Sequence record: NC_049340.1
Direction: 5' to 3' (one strand)
Length of the DNA stretch: 64,000 nt
Every line of letters begins with the position of its first letter. Within the stretch, counting starts at the first letter, position 1. This document shows, one piece after another, positions 1-10,217 of this stretch. The notes beneath the pieces were generated by a model. The model was given only the letters and a program-made list of their open reading frames with translations, was not told the origin of the DNA and ran no database searches. A program made the translations under genes and the position numbers.

Positions 1-768
1 TCTGATAGAATCAAATACAAAAATAAATCATATATACCTAGTGATGTTGTAAAATTATATTCAACAAATACAGATGATTTTGAACCAACCGAAGAAAACA
101 GAGAACATTTATTAATTACATTATTTCCTTTGATTAATGATATTTCTTTTAGAATATGTAAAAGACATGGGTTTAGAATAGAGTATGAAGATTGTATTAA
201 TCAAGGTATGATTGGTGCTTCAATAGCTACTGATAGATACATCAAAAAGTCTAAAGTTAAGAAACAAGTTGCCAAGTTATCATCTTATGCATATCCATAT
301 ATTGATAAGTATATTAATGAGTTTTGTAGAGAGCATTCAAATCCATTATCATACGGAACAACTCAATGGATTGAAGCCAATGAAACAACAAATGTTAATA
401 GTGGTGATGCACCTATAAGTACAGATGATAGTGTTTCTTCTTACTTTGATGTAGCACCTACTAAATTACTTCAAGATGTACAAGATTCTGAATATACAGA
501 AAGAATAGATAAAGCGATTAAATACGCTCGCATGTTATTTGGTGGATTAACACCAGTCCAAAAACAAATAGTATCAATTAATTTCGGCATTACCGAAGAC
601 TCAAAGACACCAAAAGAAATTGCTAAACAACTTAGTATGCGTATTAAGGATGTTGAGTATGAACTTGAATGTTCAGTAGAACAAATGAAAGAAGTTTTCA
701 CAGACCCTGATGAAATTATTGAAGTAATTAACACTATTAAGAACACTAACATTTCTAAATTCATATAG
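1..768 (+). CDS. sigma70-family RNA polymerase sigma factor (5'-partial; frame is open from base 1)
   Basis: Region 2 motifs EDCINQGMIGASIATDRY and LSSYAYPYIDKYI (cf. DLIQEGNIGLMKAVEKF / FSTYATWWIRQAI); region 4 HTH LTPVQKQIVSINFG...TPKEIAKQLSM. Confidence 0.8.
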   Translation, partial: SDRIKYKNKSYIPSDVVKLYSTNTDDFEPTEENREHLLITLFPLINDISFRICKRHGFRIEYEDCINQGMIGASIATDRYIKKSKVKKQVAKLSSYAYPYIDKYINEFCREHSNPLSYGTTQWIEANETTNVNSGDAPISTDDSVSSYFDVAPTKLLQDVQDSEYTERIDKAIKYARMLFGGLTPVQKQIVSINFGITEDSKTPKEIAKQLSMRIKDVEYELECSVEQMKEVFTDPDEIIEVINTIKNTNISKFI

Positions 769-769
769 T

Positions 770-982
770 ATGAGATATTTTATTACTGAGGCTGATATAC
801 TACATATACAACCAACAACGGCACGAAACATAATTAAAGTACATGATGAATATTTAATTGACCTAGACAATATTCATTCTATGTCGATGGATTATGATGA
901 ATCAACATCAGTAAAAATAATAATAAAAGGTTATATACTTTTATTAAAATATTCCACAAAAGAGGTGTTGAGAGAACATTAA
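770..982 (+). CDS. hypothetical protein
   Basis: ORF coupled to the sigma gene stop and followed by a terminator. Confidence 0.5.
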   Translation: MRYFITEADILHIQPTTARNIIKVHDEYLIDLDNIHSMSMDYDESTSVKIIIKGYILLLKYSTKEVLREH

Positions 983-1069
983 TACCTTGTAATGATATGG
1001 AGCATTTAAAACAGACATTTGATAAGCTACATAATGCGTGGATATACAATAATTTAGAGGACATCAATT

Positions 1070-1098
1070 AAAAATCCGAGGCAACGCCTCGGATTTTT
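1070..1098 (+). terminator. intrinsic terminator
   Basis: aaaatccgaggc-aac-gcctcggattttt; near-identical copy at 38813-38843. Confidence 0.8.
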
Positions 1099-1128
1099 CT
1101 TTTAAATACATACAATAAAGACTATATT

Positions 1129-1665
1129 ATGCCAATAACAATAACACTACCTACTGGTACAATCACATTAAAGCGTGGTAAGGTATCAGAAGACCAAGCA
1201 TCATTAATACAGAACCATAATTTAAATGCTGAGGAAATTGAAAAGTGGTTAAGAGATATTAAAGTAGCATTAGAGAAGATTGCTAATGAAGCGAATACAG
1301 GTACAACAACATCTAGTTCAATAACTAAATTTGAGATACATATACCAGTAAATTTAACGGATGGTCAAGAGGTTACGGATTCTAATGGATTTAAGGTTCG
1401 TAGGTTTGGTGTTCCTAGTGGTGGTACATCTGATTCACTAGAATATATTATAACTGATACAAACACTACAAGAAACACAAACTTTCAAAAGGCTATTGGA
1501 TTAACTACACGTTTATTAAACGGTAGGATAGTATATCCAACATTAATACCTAATTTAACTAATTTAAGGGTTGTTTTTGCACACAAATCTGAAATGGCTA
1601 GTACACCAACACATACAGGTTCAGCAACAACAGACCCTAACGTAAAAGTAATTTCATTCATATAA
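1129..1665 (+). CDS. probable virion structural protein
   Basis: Thr-rich, first gene of the baseplate operon, preceded by AAATACAT. Confidence 0.45.
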   Translation: MPITITLPTGTITLKRGKVSEDQASLIQNHNLNAEEIEKWLRDIKVALEKIANEANTGTTTSSSITKFEIHIPVNLTDGQEVTDSNGFKVRRFGVPSGGTSDSLEYIITDTNTTRNTNFQKAIGLTTRLLNGRIVYPTLIPNLTNLRVVFAHKSEMASTPTHTGSATTDPNVKVISFI

Positions 1666-1668
1666 GAC

Positions 1669-3066
1669 ATGGCAAAGGCGACAGTACCTATTTTAAAAGG
1701 ATTAAGGACAGAGGGTGGTACAATGTACACTCTTTCATCATCAATGAATGATGCAATATTATTATTCTCTAACACAAACATACAAATGAACTTTTCGAAG
1801 TTTGCTTGTTTAAAATTACCTCAATGGGCAAATGTTACAACACAGAGGATATATCGTGACCCAAATGATTTAAAATCAACAAACGATACACCAGCATCAG
1901 ATGACCCAAATACGTTTTTTCCAAAGGCGTATATTCAGAATTATATGGAAAATTTCTTATCACATGTTGATGAGGTTAGAACCGACAATGATTTTTCTAA
2001 TTTTAGTGAAGCATCATTTTGGAAAGCGATGCAATCTGTAGCGGATAGTGATAATAACACGGCAACTGATGGTGATAATACCTTACAATTGACCAATGAT
2101 GTTACCTATATTGACCCAACGGGTTCAACAAGACAAAAGTTCAAAGAGAAGTCTGTATCAAGTTCATATTCACCGTTAATTCAGTTTGTTGGTGACATTA
2201 ATATGGTTAATCATAAGAAACACCAAGGTAAAGAATATCTAGAGGTTTTTGCACACATTGCAAATAGTCAAGGTAGAGTTGATGGTACATTATTAAAACC
2301 GAATGATAATTTAACAGGTCAAGTATCAACAGCACAAGTACCAACAACAAGTGGTACAGATTATATTGCTGGGCAACAAACGGCATACACATCAGCACCA
2401 GCATCAGATAAATCATACGCTAAGGCTGTTTATGATACTGCTGATAAGAAGTATAACGTAACAGGTGATAAGGACTTTCTACAGATTGATTGGGATGATT
2501 TATCAGCAACAAGTTCACAATCTAAATACAACAAGGGTAATTTTGATTTCAACTGTATATTATTATATTATGATATACAAGAAAAGGATAAACCAGCAAC
2601 CAAGCGAAGAAATTTATATGGTATATTAGTACTTGATAAAATGACTTCAATTAGTGCTGTTACACATCAAATAAACTCACAAAAGAAGTATCAACCAAAC
2701 GCAAATCAAGCTGGAAATGCATTTGGATTTTTATTTAATTTGATGTTCTCTAACAACACCAATCAAATAACAAGTACCATAACTATAAATGATACAGCAG
2801 TTGTAGCAATGCAAATGTACCAAAAAGCAATGTCGAAATTGCAGGAGGTTATGATTAAGTATGATGGTTATGAGAAAATTATGTTGGGTATGCAAAATGA
2901 TGTTACCCAATTAAAGGCACAGATGTTAGGATTACAGAATAGAATTATAAGTGATAGTGCTTTCAATACATTAAAGAGTCAAGTAAACACTAACACTACT
3001 AATATATCGACCAACTCAACAAACATTCAATCTAACAAAACTAAGATTGATACAAACCACCCATAA
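1669..3066 (+). CDS. probable virion/baseplate protein with C-terminal coiled coil
   Basis: Baseplate operon context; heptad-like C-terminus. Confidence 0.5.
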   Translation: MAKATVPILKGLRTEGGTMYTLSSSMNDAILLFSNTNIQMNFSKFACLKLPQWANVTTQRIYRDPNDLKSTNDTPASDDPNTFFPKAYIQNYMENFLSHVDEVRTDNDFSNFSEASFWKAMQSVADSDNNTATDGDNTLQLTNDVTYIDPTGSTRQKFKEKSVSSSYSPLIQFVGDINMVNHKKHQGKEYLEVFAHIANSQGRVDGTLLKPNDNLTGQVSTAQVPTTSGTDYIAGQQTAYTSAPASDKSYAKAVYDTADKKYNVTGDKDFLQIDWDDLSATSSQSKYNKGNFDFNCILLYYDIQEKDKPATKRRNLYGILVLDKMTSISAVTHQINSQKKYQPNANQAGNAFGFLFNLMFSNNTNQITSTITINDTAVVAMQMYQKAMSKLQEVMIKYDGYEKIMLGMQNDVTQLKAQMLGLQNRIISDSAFNTLKSQVNTNTTNISTNSTNIQSNKTKIDTNHP

Positions 3067-3071
3067 TAAAT

Positions 3072-3443
3072 ATGGATTTTAATTCAAGAGATATAAACCA
3101 ACCACATGTAAGTAAAGAGCCAGTTATTGATGAAATGCTGGCACTTTTCTTACAGGAATTGGATATACTTTTTAAGACACCAAAGAATCATGTTTTTGGT
3201 AATAGAGATTTTGGGCAATCAACCGAGAAACTTTTATGGTCAACTAAGTTTAATGATGAGTATATGAAAGTTTCCATAGCGGAAGATATAAGAAAATCTT
3301 GTTACATGAATGAATATTTTTCATGGACAGTTGATGTTAAGTTATTAACAGGAACAGTTCGTGATATTGCTTTAATAGATGTTGTAATTCGTGATAAGCA
3401 TGATGATTCAGAACTGGCAACTAAGAAGTTCCAATTTAGGTAA
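3072..3443 (+). CDS. baseplate wedge protein, gp25-like
   Basis: 123 aa; ELDILFKT...FGNRDFG..TEKLLW pattern; directly upstream of the gp6-like gene. Confidence 0.6.
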   Translation: MDFNSRDINQPHVSKEPVIDEMLALFLQELDILFKTPKNHVFGNRDFGQSTEKLLWSTKFNDEYMKVSIAEDIRKSCYMNEYFSWTVDVKLLTGTVRDIALIDVVIRDKHDDSELATKKFQFR

Positions 3444-3454
3444 ACAAATAACAC

Positions 3455-5179
3455 ATGGCTAGAATACAAATAAATCAATTTACAGATAAATTTAAATGGT
3501 TAAGTACCGAGGATGGTAAGATTAGAAACTTACGAACCAAGGTAACACAAGTTCTTAATAGATTGTTACCATCAAGAATATTATCTAAGGCTAACATTTT
3601 CAATTTAACATTAGATTTGTCACAGGATATGACAAATATGATGATGTTCTATATTGAGGATTCATTAACTGAGGCTAATATAGAAGTCGCACAAAAGGAA
3701 TCATCTGTACGAGGATTAGCAACATTAACTGGACATAGGGCAACACGTCCAATATCTTCAAGAGGTGTTATTAGATGTACATTTAAAAGTGGGATTCAAT
3801 TGATAACACCAAAATTAGTGTTATCTAATATAATTGCAACCAATAATGAAAATCAATTACAATACACAGCAAATATTGTTGGTGGAGTACGTGAAGTGTC
3901 AACTAGTGTTCAATCATTCGATTTAGAGCTAATTGAGGGTGTTTTAAAGACAGTTAAGATGGTATCTGATGGTTCACCATTATTTAAGGTTGAATTGGAT
4001 GATACAAAGGCTATAGAGCAATATCACATGGTGGTTACTGTAAATAATGAGCGATATACAAAATATGATTCATTATATGACATGGGTACTACAACCAAAG
4101 GATATTATACTAAGAATGGATACGGAAACCAAGTTGATGTTATATTTGGTGATAATGTTCATGGTTCACAATTAGCTGAGGGTGATACAATAACAATTGA
4201 ATATAGAATAACCAACGGTGAAGTTGGAAACTTAACTGGAACAGAAACATTCACATTAACTAGTGGTGTTTATGATGTTAGTGGTTCACAATTTGATATT
4301 GGTGAATATATTGATATAAAAGTTCATAGTGGTTTTCAATTAGGTTCTAATGGTGAAAGTATTGAATTAACTAGAACATTAGCTGGATATAATTCTAGGG
4401 CAAATGTTTTATTAAGACCTGAGAACTTAAAATCATATCTTTCACGACTTACCATATTATCACAGGTTGATGTTTGGACTGAGAATGACGATTTAGTATT
4501 TAATATGCTATTACTACCTAATATTAGTCAAAAATTAAAAAGATTTTCTGATTATTTATATTTAAAGGATTCTGATTTGATGTTAAGTTCAGGGGTTAAA
4601 TCTGATATAAAAACAATGATAAATGCTAGTAAGAGGCAAGCAACATCATCAGAATTGGTAATGCATGACCCAATATTCAAGAAGTATGCTATTTTTGTTT
4701 ATATTGATGCAATTGTTAATGATAAGAATGAACTAAGGACTGAGATATACGACAAAATATCTAGTATTATGTTAAGCCAAACTTTTAAGGATACTTCAAT
4801 AACTTCAACACGTCCAACTGTATCAAAATCAGCTATTGTTGATGTATTATATGATATGGCTGAGATTAGAAACATTTCAATTGATATTGTTTCGGAAGTA
4901 AATGAAAATGCAAGGATAAATGGTTATCACGATTATGTTATAGAAAAGCAGGTTGGAAGTGTTAAGCAGTTGGTTACTGAACGAAGAACAATACCAGCAA
5001 ACACAAATCCAAATTTAGGATTTTCTGAATTAGGTGATATGATACCATTAAATCGTAAGGAAGTTCCAATTCTTAGAGGTGGATTTAAGCGTTTTGTTAC
5101 AAGTACATCTACGGTTGATATAACGAAACCAATTTATATTTTTTATAAGACAACTTCTAATACTTGGGATGAATTATAA
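3455..5179 (+). CDS. baseplate wedge subunit, gp6/baseplate-J-like
   Basis: ESSVRGLATLTGH, VIFGDNVHG, ITIEYRITNGEVGN, GSNGESIE motifs typical of T4 gp6. Confidence 0.8.
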   Translation: MARIQINQFTDKFKWLSTEDGKIRNLRTKVTQVLNRLLPSRILSKANIFNLTLDLSQDMTNMMMFYIEDSLTEANIEVAQKESSVRGLATLTGHRATRPISSRGVIRCTFKSGIQLITPKLVLSNIIATNNENQLQYTANIVGGVREVSTSVQSFDLELIEGVLKTVKMVSDGSPLFKVELDDTKAIEQYHMVVTVNNERYTKYDSLYDMGTTTKGYYTKNGYGNQVDVIFGDNVHGSQLAEGDTITIEYRITNGEVGNLTGTETFTLTSGVYDVSGSQFDIGEYIDIKVHSGFQLGSNGESIELTRTLAGYNSRANVLLRPENLKSYLSRLTILSQVDVWTENDDLVFNMLLLPNISQKLKRFSDYLYLKDSDLMLSSGVKSDIKTMINASKRQATSSELVMHDPIFKKYAIFVYIDAIVNDKNELRTEIYDKISSIMLSQTFKDTSITSTRPTVSKSAIVDVLYDMAEIRNISIDIVSEVNENARINGYHDYVIEKQVGSVKQLVTERRTIPANTNPNLGFSELGDMIPLNRKEVPILRGGFKRFVTSTSTVDITKPIYIFYKTTSNTWDEL

Positions 5180-5373
5180 TGAAAAAATACACACACTTAA
5201 ACTCGAAACGTGATGCTTTAGAGTCTGATTGGAATACACATTTCTTTAGAAAAAAGCATACACCATCAGCATTTGAGAATAATTTAACATCTAATATTGT
5301 ATTAACTGTTGAAAAAATGTTCTCACTTGCAACAGCACAAATAAAATCAATAACAAACTATAGAAAGTTTTAA
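5179..5373 (+). CDS. hypothetical protein
   Basis: Coupled to the gp6-like stop. Confidence 0.45.
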   Translation: MKKYTHLNSKRDALESDWNTHFFRKKHTPSAFENNLTSNIVLTVEKMFSLATAQIKSITNYRKF

Positions 5374-5404
5374 AGAAAGCGCACCAATTGGTGCGCTTTC
5401 TTTT
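5372..5404. terminator. bidirectional terminator between convergent genes
   Basis: aaagaaagcgcacc-aatt-ggtgcgctttctttt. Confidence 0.8.
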
Positions 5405-6138
5405 TATTGGTATCTTTCAACACTAAAGAAAATTGTTCCATTAACGTTAATGAAATAAATATCACCTCTATTCGTTCTTCCAGCCTTTGTGTCGAATATA
5501 TATGGACACCCTACTAAATTTTGACCAATTTTTTCAAAAACATGACGTAAACAAGTAGTGTTTATATACTCATTTGTTTTGTCCAAGAATTTAATAAAAT
5601 TTAATCTATCCTCACGTAACTTTTTAAGTTCTTCTGTTGGTGGTTCTATAATAAAACGATTTCTGTTATATTCACGTGTATAGTACTGGTGATTTGTTAC
5701 ATCGGTATCCACATTAAAACATCCTTGTGCATGTTCAACGAACATTGATGGTAATTTAGAGAAATATATTAATGGACGGTGTGGGTACAATCCACTTAGT
5801 AATTTCTTTGCTGTTTGTACACAAGTTCTTTTATCATAATCATAAATTCTATTTTCGTAACTTTTTAAAGTTTCTTTATTCCAAGCATGAAAACTCATAA
5901 AATCAGCAACTTCATCATCAACCAATTTAGGTAATTTTAATTCACCTGTTCTTAATTTATGATACATTTCGGTTGTTTTCTTATACCTTGATGTTGGTAT
6001 GTGTGGGTTTCCATACGATTGTATGTGTGTGAACATTTTTTCACTTTCCTTAAAATGTTTTAATGTCCACATAGGATTCACACCATAGTATGATTTTATT
6101 TTTGAGGCAAGTCTATACTTATAATCTTTTAATTTCAT
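5404..6138 (-). CDS. hypothetical protein
   Basis: 244 aa ORF in a small minus-strand operon. Confidence 0.55.
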   Translation of the reverse strand: MKLKDYKYRLASKIKSYYGVNPMWTLKHFKESEKMFTHIQSYGNPHIPTSRYKKTTEMYHKLRTGELKLPKLVDDEVADFMSFHAWNKETLKSYENRIYDYDKRTCVQTAKKLLSGLYPHRPLIYFSKLPSMFVEHAQGCFNVDTDVTNHQYYTREYNRNRFIIEPPTEELKKLREDRLNFIKFLDKTNEYINTTCLRHVFEKIGQNLVGCPYIFDTKAGRTNRGDIYFINVNGTIFFSVERYQ

Positions 6139-6372
6139 CTATCTTTCAATTAATTTATTTTCGAATAATGTTAATGTACCTTTATGTACTTCTCTACTAT
6201 CACATGAACCAAATGGTGTTTCTGTTAGTTTTGTGACATTCGCTTGATTGTCATCAAGTGTTCTAAGAAACTCAGCAATCTTTGCTGACTTTACCATGGC
6301 TTCTCTATCATTTCTAGCATATAAATAAGCATCTAATTCTACTGTATATCTTTTTTGTTTTGTGTTACTCAT
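6139..6372 (-). CDS. hypothetical protein
   Basis: ATG at 6372, downstream of a minus-strand TATATTTG (6397-6404). Confidence 0.55.
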   Translation of the reverse strand: MSNTKQKRYTVELDAYLYARNDREAMVKSAKIAEFLRTLDDNQANVTKLTETPFGSCDSREVHKGTLTLFENKLIER

Positions 6373-6440
6373 AATAAATCTTTTTGTTTTACTATACAAA
6401 TATAACAAACTTATTTTTAATAACCAAATACATAGTAAAA

Positions 6441-9400
6441 ATGATAACCATGTTCATAACCCAAGATAATAGAATACTAAATAATAACGACACACTTTAT
6501 TTTGAAAATACTAGTGTAGGATTATCTTCATCTAGAAATGTTTATTTAGTATCTGACACTAAGTTAACATCACTACAGATAAAATATAAATTAGATGATT
6601 CATTCTCTAATGATTTTAAGATATATTCATTAAATCGTTGGTCATATACCATTACAATAACAACTGGAACTGTTGTGGCTGGAACATTTAGCGTTCACGG
6701 TCACTCTATTACAGTTACTGCTACAGATACACCTACAACTGTAGCATCTAAGTTAAAAACTGTTATGGATTCATCAAATAAATATTATTCTGTTAGTGTA
6801 AATGCTGGTGTAGTTACTGTAATACCAACACAAAGTGGACAAACAGTTGATAATCATTTATCGAATGGAACAACAACATCTAATGGTATTACCTTTGATA
6901 CTGCTGGTGTAGCACCAACAGATATATTAACTATAGTATCCGAACAAAACTTAACCAACGTAGATTACTTTGAACGAAGTGGCAAACATGTTTATAAGAT
7001 AAATTTACTATTTTCACCACAATATGAAACTGGTGTACATGATGAGCAATATTCATTTGCACACAATTCACAGGTAGATATTGTATATAATAATGGAACA
7101 GCAAAGACACATTCAATTAAAGTTAATGGTAGATGTCAACACATAGATGGTAAGTTAACCGTTGCGTTACAAAACTTCAAAAAATACTTAAATGAGGATT
7201 ACTATCAGGCATTTTTTGATAGTAAACTAAACACCAATGAACAAGACCAAGTTTTACTAAACAGGAAAAAACGAGAATATTTAATGGTTATGTTCGAAAT
7301 GACAGGTTTTATTGGTGCATATAAGTCACTATTAACAGCTATTGAATATTTTGGTTGGGGTCAATTATTAGAACTTAAAGAATATTGGAAGTCTATAAGT
7401 TCTAATCAATATAAATTAACTAGCATAAAGAATCAGGTACTTGATAAGATTGATAAGCAATTGACAGGGTTTAAGAAATCTAACCAAATGTCGTTAACAT
7501 ATAAGGTTAATGATTTCAAGGGTAATTTTGATTCTGATGGATTACCCATTTATGAAAATGTATTGACAGACACCGACACAGTAATTACTAAATTATATAG
7601 TCTAAAGGCTGTATTGGAGTGTGATTTTTTAACGTTAAATACTAAGATTTTTGATATAACTGGTGAAATACAAGCAGTTGTTGGACATGAGTTAAATATA
7701 TGGTTAAATTCATCAACAATAACAGATGTTAGATTGAATGAAAACGTTAATAGTGATATTGAGTGGAGTGTAAAGGATAAAGTAATAGATATTGAAGAAC
7801 ACCAAGTAATTGTTGATGCATTTGCATTTGAAACAGATAATACAACAGCAGGTTCAGAAAAATTAAAATTCTTAACACCAACACCGACCTCAACCGCATT
7901 TAACAAAACATATTTTGATGTATTAAAGGTTTTAGATGATACAAGCACCTTAGCTGACTTTGAGTATGCTACACAATATGCTAGATTAGATTTTGGTTTA
8001 ATTGAATTAGACGTTACCAAAATAGAAACATCACTATACACATCATTTAGATATCTTGTTTATTTGTGGGGGTCTACCACAGAACTATTTAAGAGTAATA
8101 CTAAGCCTATTTCACAACTTGGTGGAGGTATTAAGTGTGGTATACAAAAAGTTGGTTCATTTAGGCTCGTATTAGCGTTATTTGACCATTATGGTGGAAT
8201 GTCTGTTGTTGGATTAAATGAAGCTATACAAGTAAGAAATAAACCAATAAACTTTAGGATTGCGAAACACTCTATAGTTGATACTGCTGGTGAATATAAA
8301 GATTTACGTTTACATTCAACAATGGAAGATTTAGTTTCAACTGATACGGATAAATCAAATGTTGTTGATAGTATTTCCGAGACACTAGATGTGAACACAT
8401 ACAACCCATTAACCAATATGCCAACAATGACGGTTTTGAAGCACTATGAAACTAAGTTTGATATGCATAGTGTATATTCACAAGTTCGTGAATTAAATTC
8501 TATACCTGCAACTAAAACAAAGGGGTTACCAGTAAGTATATGGGGTTATAAATACGGTACAATGATTTATGATATCATTGGAAATGGTAATCAAGGTAAT
8601 AGATATTTACGTTTACGATTATTCGACCATCATAATTGGAGTGAGGTTAGTTTATCTTATGATACAACAACATACCCAACACCTGAGAGATTCTTAATAC
8701 GTTTTATTGAATTATTAAATGGGCAACCAAGTACGTCACCATTCGCTAAGTTTACGTATGATATAAATTATTATAGTAATAATCCACAAGGGAATCAAAG
8801 TGATGGTAGACCAATGTTAAGGATAAAGGCGAAAGAGCCATCATTCACATTGAATATGTTTAGTTATGATGTACAAAAATCTTTTGCTCATACAGATTTT
8901 ACTGGTGCTATTGATACCACGGATATTATGATATTCTCTACAGTTGATACTAGTAACATTATCCAACATAATGGAAGAAATACAAGGTCTAATTTAGTTG
9001 TTAAGGTTGGTTCTAAAACACTTACAATGGATAAACCTTATGCTAATATTGATGAACTAATTACAGACTTAGATGCATGGAGAACAGCACAATCAGTAAA
9101 AGAATTATCATACTGGAAAGGGGATTCTAATACATTAGTTGTTACATGTCAAGCTGATTTTAGTTTAAAACATAATCAATTTGGACATTATGTTGATATT
9201 TTTAGAGGTGCTGTAGGTACACGATTAGAGTATATTCAAGATGGTACTGATATAAAATTAGGTGAACCAGTTTATGCATTTGTTGATGATAATTCAAAAT
9301 TAAATTCAGCAAACGTTAGTTGGGTGTTAAAGGATTCTTTAACAAATCAAGTTATAACAACTCAATATGCACAAGCATTTAGATATGTTATGGTTAAACA

Positions 9401-9491
9401 AGGTTCATTTACCTTAGAATGTACATCAACTGATAAATACGGAACAACAACCACAATAAAACAAGGTGTATATCTTGTTGATATGGTTTAA
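6441..9491 (+). CDS. large baseplate wedge protein (gp7-like)
   Basis: About 1000 aa; FIGAYKSLLTAIEYFGW tail-P2-I/gp7-like segment; AAATACAT at 6426 suggests a start at 6441. Confidence 0.55.
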   Translation: MITMFITQDNRILNNNDTLYFENTSVGLSSSRNVYLVSDTKLTSLQIKYKLDDSFSNDFKIYSLNRWSYTITITTGTVVAGTFSVHGHSITVTATDTPTTVASKLKTVMDSSNKYYSVSVNAGVVTVIPTQSGQTVDNHLSNGTTTSNGITFDTAGVAPTDILTIVSEQNLTNVDYFERSGKHVYKINLLFSPQYETGVHDEQYSFAHNSQVDIVYNNGTAKTHSIKVNGRCQHIDGKLTVALQNFKKYLNEDYYQAFFDSKLNTNEQDQVLLNRKKREYLMVMFEMTGFIGAYKSLLTAIEYFGWGQLLELKEYWKSISSNQYKLTSIKNQVLDKIDKQLTGFKKSNQMSLTYKVNDFKGNFDSDGLPIYENVLTDTDTVITKLYSLKAVLECDFLTLNTKIFDITGEIQAVVGHELNIWLNSSTITDVRLNENVNSDIEWSVKDKVIDIEEHQVIVDAFAFETDNTTAGSEKLKFLTPTPTSTAFNKTYFDVLKVLDDTSTLADFEYATQYARLDFGLIELDVTKIETSLYTSFRYLVYLWGSTTELFKSNTKPISQLGGGIKCGIQKVGSFRLVLALFDHYGGMSVVGLNEAIQVRNKPINFRIAKHSIVDTAGEYKDLRLHSTMEDLVSTDTDKSNVVDSISETLDVNTYNPLTNMPTMTVLKHYETKFDMHSVYSQVRELNSIPATKTKGLPVSIWGYKYGTMIYDIIGNGNQGNRYLRLRLFDHHNWSEVSLSYDTTTYPTPERFLIRFIELLNGQPSTSPFAKFTYDINYYSNNPQGNQSDGRPMLRIKAKEPSFTLNMFSYDVQKSFAHTDFTGAIDTTDIMIFSTVDTSNIIQHNGRNTRSNLVVKVGSKTLTMDKPYANIDELITDLDAWRTAQSVKELSYWKGDSNTLVVTCQADFSLKHNQFGHYVDIFRGAVGTRLEYIQDGTDIKLGEPVYAFVDDNSKLNSANVSWVLKDSLTNQVITTQYAQAFRYVMVKQGSFTLECTSTDKYGTTTTIKQGVYLVDMV

Positions 9492-9516
9492 AAGTTGAAC
9501 ATATGTTCAACTTTTT
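9490..9516 (+). terminator. intrinsic terminator
   Basis: Palindromic aaaagttgaacatatgttcaacttttt after the stop. Confidence 0.7.
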
Positions 9517-9521
9517 GTTCT

Positions 9522-9529
9522 TAATACAT
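9522..9529 (+). promoter_or_regulatory. candidate phage late promoter TAATACAT
   Basis: Same octamer at 15464, 37528, 42686, 51680, 54743 and at 41145 on the minus strand, all upstream of gene starts. Confidence 0.55.
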
Positions 9530-9642
9530 ATATAACAATTATGCGCATAATATTATTTATTCAACAGACGAGTTCCTAAAGTTCTCGCATTATTTTTTAA
9601 CGACATATTACAACCGATTCGGTTGATGGAAGAACCCTCGAC

Positions 9643-10110
9643 ATGAAAAACAAATCAAATTACCCAATCAAAGAAAGAAATGAAGCACTATTAAACATGT
9701 TCACATCAAATGGCTTTAATGCACAATTAGTAGGTGATATAAATCAACCAGCTATTGTCATTGATGGAAAGTATGCCATTGCTGGATATGTACACAACAA
9801 AGTTTATAATTTTTGTGATAAACCATTTGGTGGTACTGAAATACACTCTGTTACATTATCAGAAAATCCAAACATTTCAAGAACAAAAATCCTAGAATTA
9901 ATTCAAAAATCAGAAGTAAGAAAACTATACAAAATTAAAGTTAATTTTGGTAATCAATCATTATGGTACGCTAACCATAGAAATGACCATATTTACTTTA
10001 GTCCTACCGATACACGCTATTTCTTTTCACACCAAAATGCATTAAATGCATTGAACATGTTACGTGTAAATGGATATATCAATTCAACAATTGAAAGTCC
10101 AATAGTATAA
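9643..10110 (+). CDS. hypothetical protein
   Basis: 155 aa ORF followed by a terminator at 10109-10140. Confidence 0.55.
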   Translation: MKNKSNYPIKERNEALLNMFTSNGFNAQLVGDINQPAIVIDGKYAIAGYVHNKVYNFCDKPFGGTEIHSVTLSENPNISRTKILELIQKSEVRKLYKIKVNFGNQSLWYANHRNDHIYFSPTDTRYFFSHQNALNALNMLRVNGYINSTIESPIV

Positions 10111-10189
10111 AAAATCACGCCCATTAGGGTGTGATTTTTTGTTTATATAAATATTTTTGAAATATTATTGTTCAATTAAAATTATTTTA

Positions 10190-10197
10190 TATATTTG
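10190..10197 (+). promoter_or_regulatory. Bacteroidota sigmaA -7 element TATATTTG (early promoter)
   Basis: Matches TAnnTTTG; also at 15839, 17733, 18864, 24345, 27486, 29853, 30955, 32018, 32279, 32885, 33206, 61467, 63431 and 6397(-). Confidence 0.75.
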
Positions 10198-10217
10198 CAT
10201 TATTAAATATTAAAACA

